A stretch of 64,000 bases of DNA from contig CALCDZ010000003.1 of NCBI GenBank assembly GCA_937900255.1, positions 63,149 through 127,148 of the forward strand, in the 5' to 3' direction. Source of the stretch: an uncultured bacterium (GTDB lineage Bacteria; Patescibacteriota; Patescibacteriia; SG8-24; DYFX01). Of the stretch, positions 49,850-57,862 are shown in pieces. Under the pieces are notes generated by a model. It ran no database searches and was not told the DNA's origin. It saw nothing but the letters and a program-made list of their open reading frames with translations. The position numbers and the translations under genes are program-made. Numbering within the stretch: position 1 is the first letter of the stretch; the number at the start of each line of letters is the position of its first letter.

Positions 49850-50431
49850 ATGACTGCCCGAAGACGCGCCATCCTGATCGTCATCCTGGCCCTGCTGCTC
49901 GTCGCGATCCTGGCGACGGCGATCTGGCTCCTTTTCCGGAAGGCGAAGCCGACTTCCATCTACGTCCCGCAGCGCGTGGATTCCGCGACCTCCCAGCCGG
50001 CGGCCGTGCCCGCTATGCCCAACCCGCTCGCTCCGGCTGTCCAGGTTTCGGCCGGAAGCACGGCCGCCGCCCAAATGGCCGAGCTGTTCGCCGAGCGTTA
50101 CGGGAGCTACTCCAATCAAGGGAACTTCGGGAACCTCAAGGATCTCCTGCCCGTCATGACCGCCACGTATCGCGCGGCGACGGAAGCCTACCTCGCCGCC
50201 GCCAAGCCGTCCGACGCGGCCGATTACCAAGGAGTGACCAGCGTGAAGATTTCCACCAAAGTCCGGTCGTATGACGCTTCGGCCGGCACGGCCACGGTCG
50301 CCGTCATGCTGCAGCAGCAGAAGAGCGCCGGCGCTTCCGTCACGCCGTCCATCAGTTACCGCTCCCTCAAGATGACCCTCAAGAAGTCCGGTTCCGATTG
50401 GAGGGTCGATTCCGCCGCTTGGGAGAATTGA
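49850..50431 (+). CDS. bitopic membrane protein, possibly an NTF2-like (VirB8/TcpC-like) fold
   Basis: Single N-terminal TM (ILIVILALLLVAILATAIWLL) plus about 150-aa extracytoplasmic domain; fold assignment is inference. Confidence 0.45.
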   Translation: MTARRRAILIVILALLLVAILATAIWLLFRKAKPTSIYVPQRVDSATSQPAAVPAMPNPLAPAVQVSAGSTAAAQMAELFAERYGSYSNQGNFGNLKDLLPVMTATYRAATEAYLAAAKPSDAADYQGVTSVKISTKVRSYDASAGTATVAVMLQQQKSAGASVTPSISYRSLKMTLKKSGSDWRVDSAAWEN

Positions 50432-50465
50432 CAGCCGCTCCCCGGAAACGCTAGGACGCGCCCGT

Positions 50466-51113
50466 ATGGGGCGCGTTTTGGATTTCCTGTTTCCGCTCGA
50501 ATGTCTGGCCTGCGGTGCGGCCGGGTCGCATTGCTGTCCAAGCTGCGTCGCCGAAGTCGATCTGTCGCCCAAGACGTTCCAGGCCGGGACCTTGCGCGCG
50601 GCAGCGGCGTATCCGTACGCCATCCCGCTCGTCCGCAGGCTGATCCATGACCTCAAATATGAGCGCTGGACCTGCGCGGCCGAGCCGATCGGAGCCTTGG
50701 CCCGCCGCTGGGCGTCCAAGGACGGGACGTCGTTCTGCGGGGAAGAGGCCATCCTGGTGCCCGTGCCGCTCTCCATCAGGAAGTCCGGCGAGCGCGGCTT
50801 CAATCAGGCGGCGATGATCGCCGATGCCTTGGCCTGGGAGTTGGGGTTGCGTCGCAGCGACAAGCTGCTGGCCCGGCGCCGCGAGACCGCGCCGCAAGTC
50901 TCGGTCGAGGACCGCGCCAAGAACCTCGCGGGCGCGTTCGAAGCGCGCGTGCCGGAACGGTGGCGCGACCGTCCGCTTGTCCTGGTCGACGACATCTGGA
51001 CGACCGGATCGACCATGCAGGAATGCGCCGCGGCGCTCCGAACCGCCGGCGCGTCGGACATCAGGGGATTCGCCCTGGCCTGGGGGAGTCCCAAGCCGGA
51101 TACGGACCGCTGA
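50466..51113 (+). CDS. comF: ComF-family competence protein (phosphoribosyltransferase domain)
   Basis: N-terminal Cys4 zinc-finger (CLACG…CPSC) and PRTase motif LVLVDDIWTTGST. Confidence 0.8.
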   Translation: MGRVLDFLFPLECLACGAAGSHCCPSCVAEVDLSPKTFQAGTLRAAAAYPYAIPLVRRLIHDLKYERWTCAAEPIGALARRWASKDGTSFCGEEAILVPVPLSIRKSGERGFNQAAMIADALAWELGLRRSDKLLARRRETAPQVSVEDRAKNLAGAFEARVPERWRDRPLVLVDDIWTTGSTMQECAAALRTAGASDIRGFALAWGSPKPDTDR

Positions 51114-51138
51114 CAGCCTCCCCGGGCTATGTTAGGCT
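51111..51138 (+). promoter_or_regulatory. tRNA-Ser promoter TGACAG-16-TAGGCT (overlaps comF stop codon)
   Basis: -10 ends 10 nt before tRNA 5' end. Confidence 0.45.
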
Positions 51139-51148
51139 GACCATGCGC

Positions 51149-51236
51149 GGAGGGGTGGCCGAGCGGTTTAAGGCAACGGTCTTGAAAACCGTCATCCCGC
51201 AAGGGATCGTGAGTTCGAATCTCACCCCCTCCGCCA
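51149..51236 (+). tRNA. tRNA-Ser (anticodon TGA), long variable arm
   Basis: Acceptor GGAGGGG/CCCCTCC, anticodon loop CTTGAAA, T-loop TTCGAAT, CCA encoded. Confidence 0.85.
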
Positions 51237-51370
51237 CGACAATTTCTTATCGGACGACCCGCTTGGCCCAAATAGCCCCCGGAGCCCGGTAGGGGTTGTG
51301 GAATCGGATGCTGCTTTTTCATGCGTGATGTGTGGGCGACCCCTGGATTACTACTGGATTTTTTGAATAT

Positions 51371-51781
51371 ATGTCCAAAAATGATCATGAAAACGCGAGC
51401 AACGCTACGGAAAAGCTGCTCGACGCCCTCTTCTCTAACGGGGAGAAGGAAAAAACACTGGTATGGCCCATCGCGACCGGTCGGCATGTCAAGATAGCGA
51501 AGTACAAGCAGAAGAAGCGCTGGTACTTGGACACCGACCTCCATACCGATTTTTCATGTGTGAATTATTCAGATAAGGGGAAGGACATCCTACGAGAGAT
51601 CGCAACTACAGGGCAGTTGTCGGATGAGGTACGCATCGAAAATGGACCGGGCCCGTGCGTTTTTACTATTTCCTTTTCCAACGACACCGAGAATGGTGCA
51701 CGCTGGACGTATGGTGTCTGGCTGGAAACGCTCAAGACAATTATTCAGGACGACACTGCAGTGCAGACGATAAAACTTTAG
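51371..51781 (+). CDS. hypothetical protein (AT-rich)
   Basis: ORF in low-GC island; ATG 51371 (MSKNDHE…). Confidence 0.4.
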   Translation: MSKNDHENASNATEKLLDALFSNGEKEKTLVWPIATGRHVKIAKYKQKKRWYLDTDLHTDFSCVNYSDKGKDILREIATTGQLSDEVRIENGPGPCVFTISFSNDTENGARWTYGVWLETLKTIIQDDTAVQTIKL

Positions 51782-51964
51782 ATTCAGTGGTGGGTAATGT
51801 AAGGCGGTGCGACATTTTCTGGTGTACACATATGTCTCAAACCGAGTCGCTAACCTGACCCCCGAAAAAGCCCTAACATATCCAGAGGTTTGGGGGTACT
51901 GAACTCCAAGACACCGCCAAAAGAAGGCGATGCTCGAAAACGGCATAGGTCAAAACCATCTTCA

Positions 51965-52390
51965 ATGACATACTCATCATCGGCTTCGATCGTCATCAAC
52001 GCGCCATTGGAAAAGGTCTGGGAGGCGCTCATCACTCCTGAACAGGTGGAACGGTATTTTTTCGGCACGAAACTGGTCACGGACTGGAACGTCGGTTCGC
52101 CCATATTTTTCCGTGGAGAGTACGGCGGTAAGGCTTATGAGGACAAGGGACGCGTCCTCGCGTTCACGCCGATGGAAAGCCTGTCCTTCAGCTACTGGAG
52201 CGGCTTCAGCGGGCTTGAAGACAAGCCGGAGTCCTACCAAGTGATCCGCTACGGGCTGGAACGATCGCCGGACGGCATCAAGGTGACCATCGACCAATCG
52301 AACGTCGATACGCAGGAACGGGCAGACCACTCCGCCAAAAACTGGGAGACCGTCCTCGCCGGATTGAAGAGATTCGTCGAAGGGGAATGA
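51965..52390 (+). CDS. SRPBCC-superfamily protein (AHSA1/Aha1-like)
   Basis: ASIVINAPLEKVWEALITPEQVERYFFG… typical of the Activator-of-Hsp90-ATPase-homologue (START/Bet v1-like) fold. Confidence 0.65.
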   Translation: MTYSSSASIVINAPLEKVWEALITPEQVERYFFGTKLVTDWNVGSPIFFRGEYGGKAYEDKGRVLAFTPMESLSFSYWSGFSGLEDKPESYQVIRYGLERSPDGIKVTIDQSNVDTQERADHSAKNWETVLAGLKRFVEGE

Positions 52391-52394
52391 TGCC

Positions 52395-52946
52395 ATGGGC
52401 AGCAAAGCCGTGACGGAAAAATACGTGGCGTTCCTGCGCGGCATCAACGTCGGCGGGAACAAGAAGGTCGAGATGGCGAGGCTCAGGAAGGTGTTCACGT
52501 CCATGGGTTTCTCAGGCGTCTCCACCTACATCAATTCAGGGAACGTCATCTTCCGCGCGGGAAAAAAAGATTTTTCCCGCATAGAGGCGGCGCTGGAAAA
52601 GGCTTTCGGCTTCAAGATCGACGTCATCATCCGCGATGAGGAAAATATCCGGAAGCTCTGCGGAAAAATACCGGCCGGATTCCAAAATGACACGATACAG
52701 AAGACGGACGTCCTTTTCCTGAAGAGCGAATTCGACAAGAAGGGCACCATCGATTTGTTGCGCACGAACCCCGAAGTCGATACGCTCCTGTATGCGCCCG
52801 GGGCGATCGTTTGGAGCGTCAAAAGAAGCTCGTATGCCAAGAGCGGGATGAAGAACTTCATCGGCTCTGTGGTCTATAAGAACATGACGGCGCGGAACGT
52901 GAATACGGTGAGGAAAATTTCCGACCTGCTCCTGGAGGGTGAATGA
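52395..52946 (+). CDS. DUF1697-domain protein
   Basis: Signature KYVAFLRGINVGGNKKVEM near N-terminus. Confidence 0.7.
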   Translation: MGSKAVTEKYVAFLRGINVGGNKKVEMARLRKVFTSMGFSGVSTYINSGNVIFRAGKKDFSRIEAALEKAFGFKIDVIIRDEENIRKLCGKIPAGFQNDTIQKTDVLFLKSEFDKKGTIDLLRTNPEVDTLLYAPGAIVWSVKRSSYAKSGMKNFIGSVVYKNMTARNVNTVRKISDLLLEGE

Positions 52947-52958
52947 TCCAAGAAACAT

Positions 52959-53786
52959 ATGCATACACGCATCGACAAATATCTCTTCGCCGCGGCGCTC
53001 CTGGTCCTGATGGGCGCGGGTTGCCGTGTCCGCCCTTCGGTCAAGCCACAACCCTACTTTCCTACGCCTACCCCAGGTCCGCAGGTCGTCGGTACTGCGC
53101 TCATCGATCTGAACGGCGACGGCAAAAAGGAACAGATCGCGCTGTCGCTCTCGTATGCTGCCGGCATCCCGTATCCTCACCATTCGCTTCGCATCGACGA
53201 TCAGACGATCGACATCCCCGAACAAAGCAACCCGACCGGCCATTTCGGCATCGTCAAGATCGGCGGTTCCGATCCAAAAACCGGATACCCATTGCGACAG
53301 ATCGCCTTGGGCGACGAAGGGCCCAGCAGCGACCCGACGACGCGCTTCTATGGATATGACGGAAGCAAGATCCTCTTTTTGGGCCAGACGCAAGATTTCT
53401 ACGAGAACATGCGCTTTGCCGGCGATGGCACCTTCACCACCATGAGTCGCGGGCGTATCCTTGACACTTGGTTCCACCAGGATGATTTCAAGCTGGAGAA
53501 TGGCCATATCATTCACGTGCCGCGTGCACTCTACGAAAGATCGACGCCCGTCACCCTGCTCGTGCCGATGACGTTCCAGAGGTCGCCTAAGGACGCCTCG
53601 CCGGCGTTCCGACTCGAGCAGGGGAGCAAGGCCGTCATCACGGCCTGCGACGACATCGCTTGGTGCCGCATCACGGCGGATGGGCGAACGGGCTGGTTCA
53701 AGATCCAAGATTACGGCGACATCGTGGTGAAAGGAAAGCCTCTACATGGAGGCGAGGTCTTCGATGGGCTTTCTTTCGCGGACTGA
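52959..53786 (+). CDS. lipoprotein with C-terminal SH3b-like domain
   Basis: Lipobox LMGAGC; C-terminal AWCRITADGRTGWFKIQDYGDIVVKGKPL. Confidence 0.5.
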   Translation: MHTRIDKYLFAAALLVLMGAGCRVRPSVKPQPYFPTPTPGPQVVGTALIDLNGDGKKEQIALSLSYAAGIPYPHHSLRIDDQTIDIPEQSNPTGHFGIVKIGGSDPKTGYPLRQIALGDEGPSSDPTTRFYGYDGSKILFLGQTQDFYENMRFAGDGTFTTMSRGRILDTWFHQDDFKLENGHIIHVPRALYERSTPVTLLVPMTFQRSPKDASPAFRLEQGSKAVITACDDIAWCRITADGRTGWFKIQDYGDIVVKGKPLHGGEVFDGLSFAD

Positions 53787-53807
53787 GCGTCTTAAATGCG
53801 CACATAA

Positions 53808-54452
53808 ATGAATACTATGACGACACATCAAGAGATCATCGCCGCGCTCAAGAGGCGCTACGCCGTGAACGCCTTCGACCTTTCCAAGAAAGTCAGCGAT
53901 GAGGACCTGCGGACGATCCTTGAGTCCGGTATCCTCGCCCCGAGCAGCTTCGGTCTTGAACCGTGGAAGTTCGTGGTCGTGACGGACCCGGAAGTCCGCC
54001 TGAAGCTGCGCCAGGTCGGTTTCGATCAGGCCAAGATCGTCGAAGCGTCGCATCTCGTCGTCATCGCCCAGCGGACGGATGCGGAAGCGCTCGTCGCGGA
54101 ACGCGCCGCGCGCCTGGCGGCCGCGACCGGGAAGCCTGCGGAGGCTTTCGACGGCTTCGTCCGGATGGCGGGAGGCGCCGTCGCCGGCAGGCCGGAGGAT
54201 GCGCGGCAGTCGTGGTTGAAGGCGCAGTGCTACATCCCGCTCGGCATCATGGTCGAGACGGCGTCCCTTCTCGGCGTCGATTCGGCCCCCATGGAGGGCT
54301 TCATGCCCGACCAGGTCGATGTCATCCTCGGGCTGAAAGCGAAGAACCTGACCGCGGCGACGTTCCTGGCCCTCGGCTACCGCGCCGAGAGTGCCATGAC
54401 GACCCCTCCCAAGGGACGTAGGCCCTACGAGGAAGCGGTCGAGACCGCTTGA
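53808..54452 (+). CDS. NAD(P)H nitroreductase family protein
   Basis: Nitroreductase-fold pattern RRYAVNAFD…APSSFGLEPWKFVVV…. Confidence 0.75.
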   Translation: MNTMTTHQEIIAALKRRYAVNAFDLSKKVSDEDLRTILESGILAPSSFGLEPWKFVVVTDPEVRLKLRQVGFDQAKIVEASHLVVIAQRTDAEALVAERAARLAAATGKPAEAFDGFVRMAGGAVAGRPEDARQSWLKAQCYIPLGIMVETASLLGVDSAPMEGFMPDQVDVILGLKAKNLTAATFLALGYRAESAMTTPPKGRRPYEEAVETA

Positions 54453-54461
54453 CCCGCCTGT

Positions 54462-54494
54462 GAAAAAGAGACCGGCCTGCTCAAGGCCGGTTTT
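54462..54494 (+). terminator. intrinsic terminator (ACCGGCC-loop-GGCCGGT + T4), A-tract upstream
   Basis: Hairpin plus T-tract after nitroreductase stop. Confidence 0.6.
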
Positions 54495-54504
54495 GTGATT
54501 CATG

Positions 54505-54534
54505 TAAAGAAAGACCTCTCCCGAGCGGGAGAGG
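54505..54534 (-). terminator. minus-strand terminator (GGGAGAGG/CCTCTCCC 8-bp stem, T-rich tail on minus strand)
   Basis: Lies 15 nt downstream of stop of minus-strand gene 54549..55130. Confidence 0.5.
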
Positions 54535-54548
54535 TAGGAGGCACGTCA

Positions 54549-55130
54549 TCATGGTAAGCCCGGACAGTCTATTGGGCAACTGAGGGAGTTCTCATAAGGG
54601 ATTTGGCATAGGGCATCTCCGCAACGATGGCAGTCGTCAGCGCAGTTCGAACCGTTTTCGAACGGCGCTTGGCAGACCGCGTCCCCGCAGACATGGCAAT
54701 CGGTGGGGCAGTTCGCTGCCGTCTCGTTCTTGGTTCTCTCGCACCTTGCGTCGCCGCATCTGGGCGGGTCGCAGTCCATCCAGCAACGCGCCGCGTTCTC
54801 GCCCTTGTAAGCCTCACAGACGCGGTCGCCGCAGACGGCCGGAGCGCAATCCGTCTTGCAACCGGTTTCGGTCTCGCCCTTGCGCTTCTCGCAGACATGG
54901 TCGCCACAGACGGCAGCTGCGCAGTCGGACGGGCAGTTTGCCGCTGTCTCATCCTTCGCGGCCTCGCATGCGTCGTCCCCGCACATCGGCGGGGCGCAAT
55001 CCTGCGGGCAGGCCTGCGCCGTTTCGTCTTCGGTGCACTCCTCGTCGCCGCAGACGTCCGTCTGGCTCGTGCCGCACCCGATCGTCATGAGCGCTGATAA
55101 GATGATGATCGCGCCGATCGTGAATCGCAT
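54549..55130 (-). CDS. lipoprotein composed of seven tandem 4-Cys repeats (CGDxxCExxK-ETxxxC-xxDC)
   Basis: GGAGG RBS, lipobox LMTIGC, then 7 repeats of about 23 aa each with 4 Cys; ORF track 54549..55358 upstream part not coding. Confidence 0.7.
   Translation of the reverse strand: MRFTIGAIIILSALMTIGCGTSQTDVCGDEECTEDETAQACPQDCAPPMCGDDACEAAKDETAANCPSDCAAAVCGDHVCEKRKGETETGCKTDCAPAVCGDRVCEAYKGENAARCWMDCDPPRCGDARCERTKNETAANCPTDCHVCGDAVCQAPFENGSNCADDCHRCGDALCQIPYENSLSCPIDCPGLP
54552..55052 (-). repeat. 7 tandem about 69-bp coding repeats (Cys-rich module) within the lipoprotein gene
   Basis: Periodicity visible in translated sequence VCGDEECTE…/MCGDDACEA…/VCGDHVCEK…/VCGDRVCEA…/RCGDARCER…/VCGDAVCQA…/RCGDALCQI…. 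Confidence 0.6.
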
Positions 55131-55220
55131 TTTTCCTCCGTCGTAGCACGCGTGATTGCGTTCCGATGTCTTATCATGGAAAATGGAAAATGTCAACCTC
55201 ACCGTCACCAAGCGATTCTC

Positions 55221-56006
55221 ATGCCCAGCTACCTGAAGATCGATCCGCACATGACGCCGCAGGAGCTCCGCCAGCAGGCGTATCGGGAAAAATACAAGGC
55301 TTCGGAACCCGCCTGGGAGGATTCCGTCATGCGGCTCGCCAGGCTGTTCCGGGAACATGCCGCTCCGGACATGACGGTCCTGGATGCCGGCTGCGGGCGA
55401 GCCAACTACGTTCTTGAATCGAACAGCGCATCGCTCCGGCGCGTCATCGGCGTGGATGCGTCGAAGGAAGCGACAGAAGGCAATACGCTCGCCGACCCGA
55501 TCGTCGTCGCGGATTTGGAGGCGCTGCCTTTCGAGGACGGCCTCTTCGATGCCGTCACGAGCCTATGGGTGCTGGAACACGTCCGGAGCCCGGAGCGGGT
55601 TTTCCGCGAGATCCGCCGCGTCCTGAAACCGGGCGGCAAGTTCTTCTTCGTGACGCCGTACGCCTTTTCCTACGTGCTCCTGGCGAAGCGGCTGCTCGGC
55701 GGGCGGTTCACGTCCTTCGTCCTCGCGAAGCTCTACGGCCGCACGGAAGACGACACGTTCCGGACGGAATACGCCGCCAACACCGCGCGCGATCTCCGCA
55801 GGCTGCTCGCGGAAGCGGGGATGCGCGAGCTCACGCTCATCGAAAACCCGGACCCCAGCTACCTCGCGTTCGGCCCCTTCTTCTACCGCCTCGCCCTCCT
55901 CATCCAACGCCTCGCAAGCCTCCTCGGCCTCAAGATCGCGACGATGCATCTGGTGGGCGTGTTCGAAAAGCCCGAAGATTCGGAGTCGGGCCGCAGCCTG
56001 GATTGA
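55221..56006 (+). CDS. class I SAM-dependent methyltransferase
   Basis: Motif I VLDAGCGRANY, motif VLKPGGKFFFVTP. Confidence 0.7.
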   Translation: MPSYLKIDPHMTPQELRQQAYREKYKASEPAWEDSVMRLARLFREHAAPDMTVLDAGCGRANYVLESNSASLRRVIGVDASKEATEGNTLADPIVVADLEALPFEDGLFDAVTSLWVLEHVRSPERVFREIRRVLKPGGKFFFVTPYAFSYVLLAKRLLGGRFTSFVLAKLYGRTEDDTFRTEYAANTARDLRRLLAEAGMRELTLIENPDPSYLAFGPFFYRLALLIQRLASLLGLKIATMHLVGVFEKPEDSESGRSLD

Positions 56007-56029
56007 CGGTCAAAACCGCCGCCCTTACG

Positions 56030-56992
56030 ATGATGAGGTCATCCCTGAAATGCCATATGTCCATGGAAAGCATGAGCATCGCCGACCTCCCGTCCGGACG
56101 CAGGGCCTACAGGCTGTTCGGCGATCCCTCGAGCCCTTGCGTCGTCATCGAGACCGCGTTGGCCGCTTCATGCGCCGAATGGTGGCATCTTGCCGAACGG
56201 TGGTCCAAGGAATTCCGCGTGCTGGTCCATGACCGGGCCGGTTACGGGGCGAGCGGGAAGCCCCAGCGTCCGCGGTCGCCCGAGCATGTCGCGGAGGAGC
56301 TTCTTGAGCTGCTGGATCATCTCGGTATCGCCCGCGCGACGCTTCTAGGACATTCGCTGGGCGGGCTTTTCGCCTTCGTCTTCTCGAGACGCTTTCCCGA
56401 GAGGGCCAGCGCGTTGGTCCTGGTCGATCCGGTCTCGTTCGAGGAGCCGAGGTTCAAGAGAGAGCTTTCAAAGGACGAATATCGCCGCAGCGGGATCGAT
56501 AAAGGATTCAACCTGAAGATCGGCCTTTATCTCTGCTCGGCCGGTCTCGGCGGGCTCCTGCGCCCTCTCCTCAAGAAATCGCCGCCCTTCCATTACTATG
56601 ACGGCTTCTCCAAGGAAGCGGAGCGCCGGATCCTGGAAAACGCCACGAGCCGGAGGATGTACGGGGCGGCCATAGGGGAGTACGCCTTCATCAAAGACGA
56701 TCGCGCCATGCGCGCGCTGGGCGAGATGCCCGGAAATCCTTCCATCCCTTTGTACCTGATCTGCCATACGCCCGAAGTGATGGAGAAGGAGATCGCCTAT
56801 TACGGCAACGCCCCGCTCGAGGCGGCCGCAAGGATCGAAGCGCTGTGGCGCGACGTGATGTCCGCGTATCTCAAGACCTCCACGGACTCCTGCCTCATCC
56901 AAGCCCGGAACAGCGGCCACTCGATCCACCTGACCGACCCCGAGACCATCCTGGACGCCATCAGAGCTTCCGTCGGTCATCACGGCAAGTGA
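56030..56992 (+). CDS. alpha/beta-hydrolase fold protein
   Basis: Nucleophile elbow GHSLGG, HDRAGYGAS upstream motif. Confidence 0.7.
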   Translation: MMRSSLKCHMSMESMSIADLPSGRRAYRLFGDPSSPCVVIETALAASCAEWWHLAERWSKEFRVLVHDRAGYGASGKPQRPRSPEHVAEELLELLDHLGIARATLLGHSLGGLFAFVFSRRFPERASALVLVDPVSFEEPRFKRELSKDEYRRSGIDKGFNLKIGLYLCSAGLGGLLRPLLKKSPPFHYYDGFSKEAERRILENATSRRMYGAAIGEYAFIKDDRAMRALGEMPGNPSIPLYLICHTPEVMEKEIAYYGNAPLEAAARIEALWRDVMSAYLKTSTDSCLIQARNSGHSIHLTDPETILDAIRASVGHHGK

Positions 56993-57034
56993 GGGGTGAA
57001 AGCAAAACACACCACTCGCGTGATGTGTCTTGCA

Positions 57035-57123
57035 TGGCGGAGGGTGTGGGGATCGAACCCACAAGACCAGTTGCCCGGTCGCAGTTTAGCAAACTGCTGC
57101 CTTACCATTCGGCGCAACCCTCC
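57035..57123 (-). tRNA. tRNA-Ser (anticodon GCT), long variable arm
   Basis: Reverse complement folds: acceptor GGAGGGT/ACCCTCC, anticodon loop TTGCTAA, T-loop TTCGATC, CCA encoded. Confidence 0.8.
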
Positions 57124-57135
57124 TCGTGCGGGGTC

Positions 57136-57163
57136 ATCCTACGCCATTCCGAAAGCCTTGTAA
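57136..57163 (-). promoter_or_regulatory. tRNA-Ser(GCT) promoter TTACAA-16-TAGGAT (minus strand)
   Basis: -10 ends 12 nt before tRNA 5' end; divergent with the promoter of 57185 gene. Confidence 0.4.
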
Positions 57164-57167
57164 AGCG

Positions 57168-57176
57168 TGCTATACT
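57168..57176 (+). promoter_or_regulatory. TG-extended -10 TGcTATACT, 8 nt upstream of ATG 57185 (leaderless)
   Basis: Identical element to 15360 and 57863. Confidence 0.45.
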
Positions 57177-57184
57177 GTCCCCAT

Positions 57185-57694
57185 ATGGTGGAAGAAAAGC
57201 GCCCTGAAGCGGCCGGAAACCCGTACGGGGAGGAAATCCACAGCTGGCTCATCGACGAATACGAGCGCCATGAACGCGGGCCGTTGTGGTACGCGATCGC
57301 GTTCATCGTGGGGGTGGGGATGGTGTTATATGCCATGATCACCCAGAACTTCCTTTTCGCGATCATCGTCATCATGGGCGGGATCATCGTCGGGCTCTCC
57401 TCCATGCGTGAGCCGAGGAGGCTGCTGTTCCAGATGACCTCGCGCGGGGTCCTGGTCGGCGACGAGTTCGTCCCGTACAAGAATCTGAAGAGCTTCTGGA
57501 TCCTGTACGATCCTCCGCACACGAAATGCCTTTACCTTGATTTCCGGAATTCCATCACGCCGCATATCAGGGTGGCGCTTGAGGACCAGGATCCGCTCAA
57601 GGTGCGTTCCGCCCTGCTGGAGTTCCTGCACGAGGAATCGTCCCGGGAAGGGGAGCCGATTTCCGAACTGCTCGGCCGCGTCCTGAAGCTCTGA
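57185..57694 (+). CDS. hypothetical membrane protein (2 TM)
   Basis: ATG 57185; hydrophobic pair LWYAIAFIVGVGMVLYAMI / FAIIVIMGGIIVGL. Confidence 0.5.
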   Translation: MVEEKRPEAAGNPYGEEIHSWLIDEYERHERGPLWYAIAFIVGVGMVLYAMITQNFLFAIIVIMGGIIVGLSSMREPRRLLFQMTSRGVLVGDEFVPYKNLKSFWILYDPPHTKCLYLDFRNSITPHIRVALEDQDPLKVRSALLEFLHEESSREGEPISELLGRVLKL

Positions 57695-57706
57695 AGTCCG
57701 CAAACG

Positions 57707-57732
57707 AAAATCCCGGCGTGACCGGGATTTTT
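57707..57732. terminator. bidirectional terminator (AAAATCCCGG-cgtga-CCGGGATTTTT)
   Basis: Between convergent 57185 gene and tRNA-Arg. Confidence 0.65.
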
Positions 57733-57736
57733 CGTA

Positions 57737-57813
57737 TGGTGAGCCCAGAACGATTCGAACGTTCGACCTCAACCTCCGCAGGGTTGCGCTCTATCCAGCT
57801 GAGCTATGGGCTC
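57737..57813 (-). tRNA. tRNA-Arg (anticodon GCG)
   Basis: Acceptor GAGCCCA/TGGGCTC, D-arm GCTCAGCTGGATAGAGC, anticodon loop CTGCGGA, T-loop TTCGAAT, CCA encoded. Confidence 0.75.
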
Positions 57814-57829
57814 GCTCAGGTACCCGGCC

Positions 57830-57858
57830 AGACTACCGCATGGGCCACGGTCTGTCAA
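57830..57858 (-). promoter_or_regulatory. tRNA-Arg promoter TTGACA-17-TAGTCT (minus strand)
   Basis: -10 ends 16 nt before tRNA 5' end; back-to-back with recG promoter. Confidence 0.5.
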
Positions 57859-57862
57859 TGCC

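Larger units (their letters stand above)
51237..53800. other. low-GC (about 48-58%) island immediately 3' of tRNA-Ser
   Basis: Composition drop by eye relative to about 66% flanks; carries hypothetical, SRPBCC, DUF1697 and SH3-lipoprotein genes; no integrase or direct repeat found. Confidence 0.4.

Noticed and set aside
51237-54500. Calling the low-GC block a bona fide integrative element/prophage
   Set aside because: No integrase, excisionase, phage structural genes or att direct repeats were found. It is reported only as a compositional island.
54552-55052. CRISPR array
   Set aside because: The periodic repeats are in-frame coding repeats of a lipoprotein (7 × about 69 bp with variable sequence), not identical direct repeats separated by unique spacers. 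No cas genes are present.
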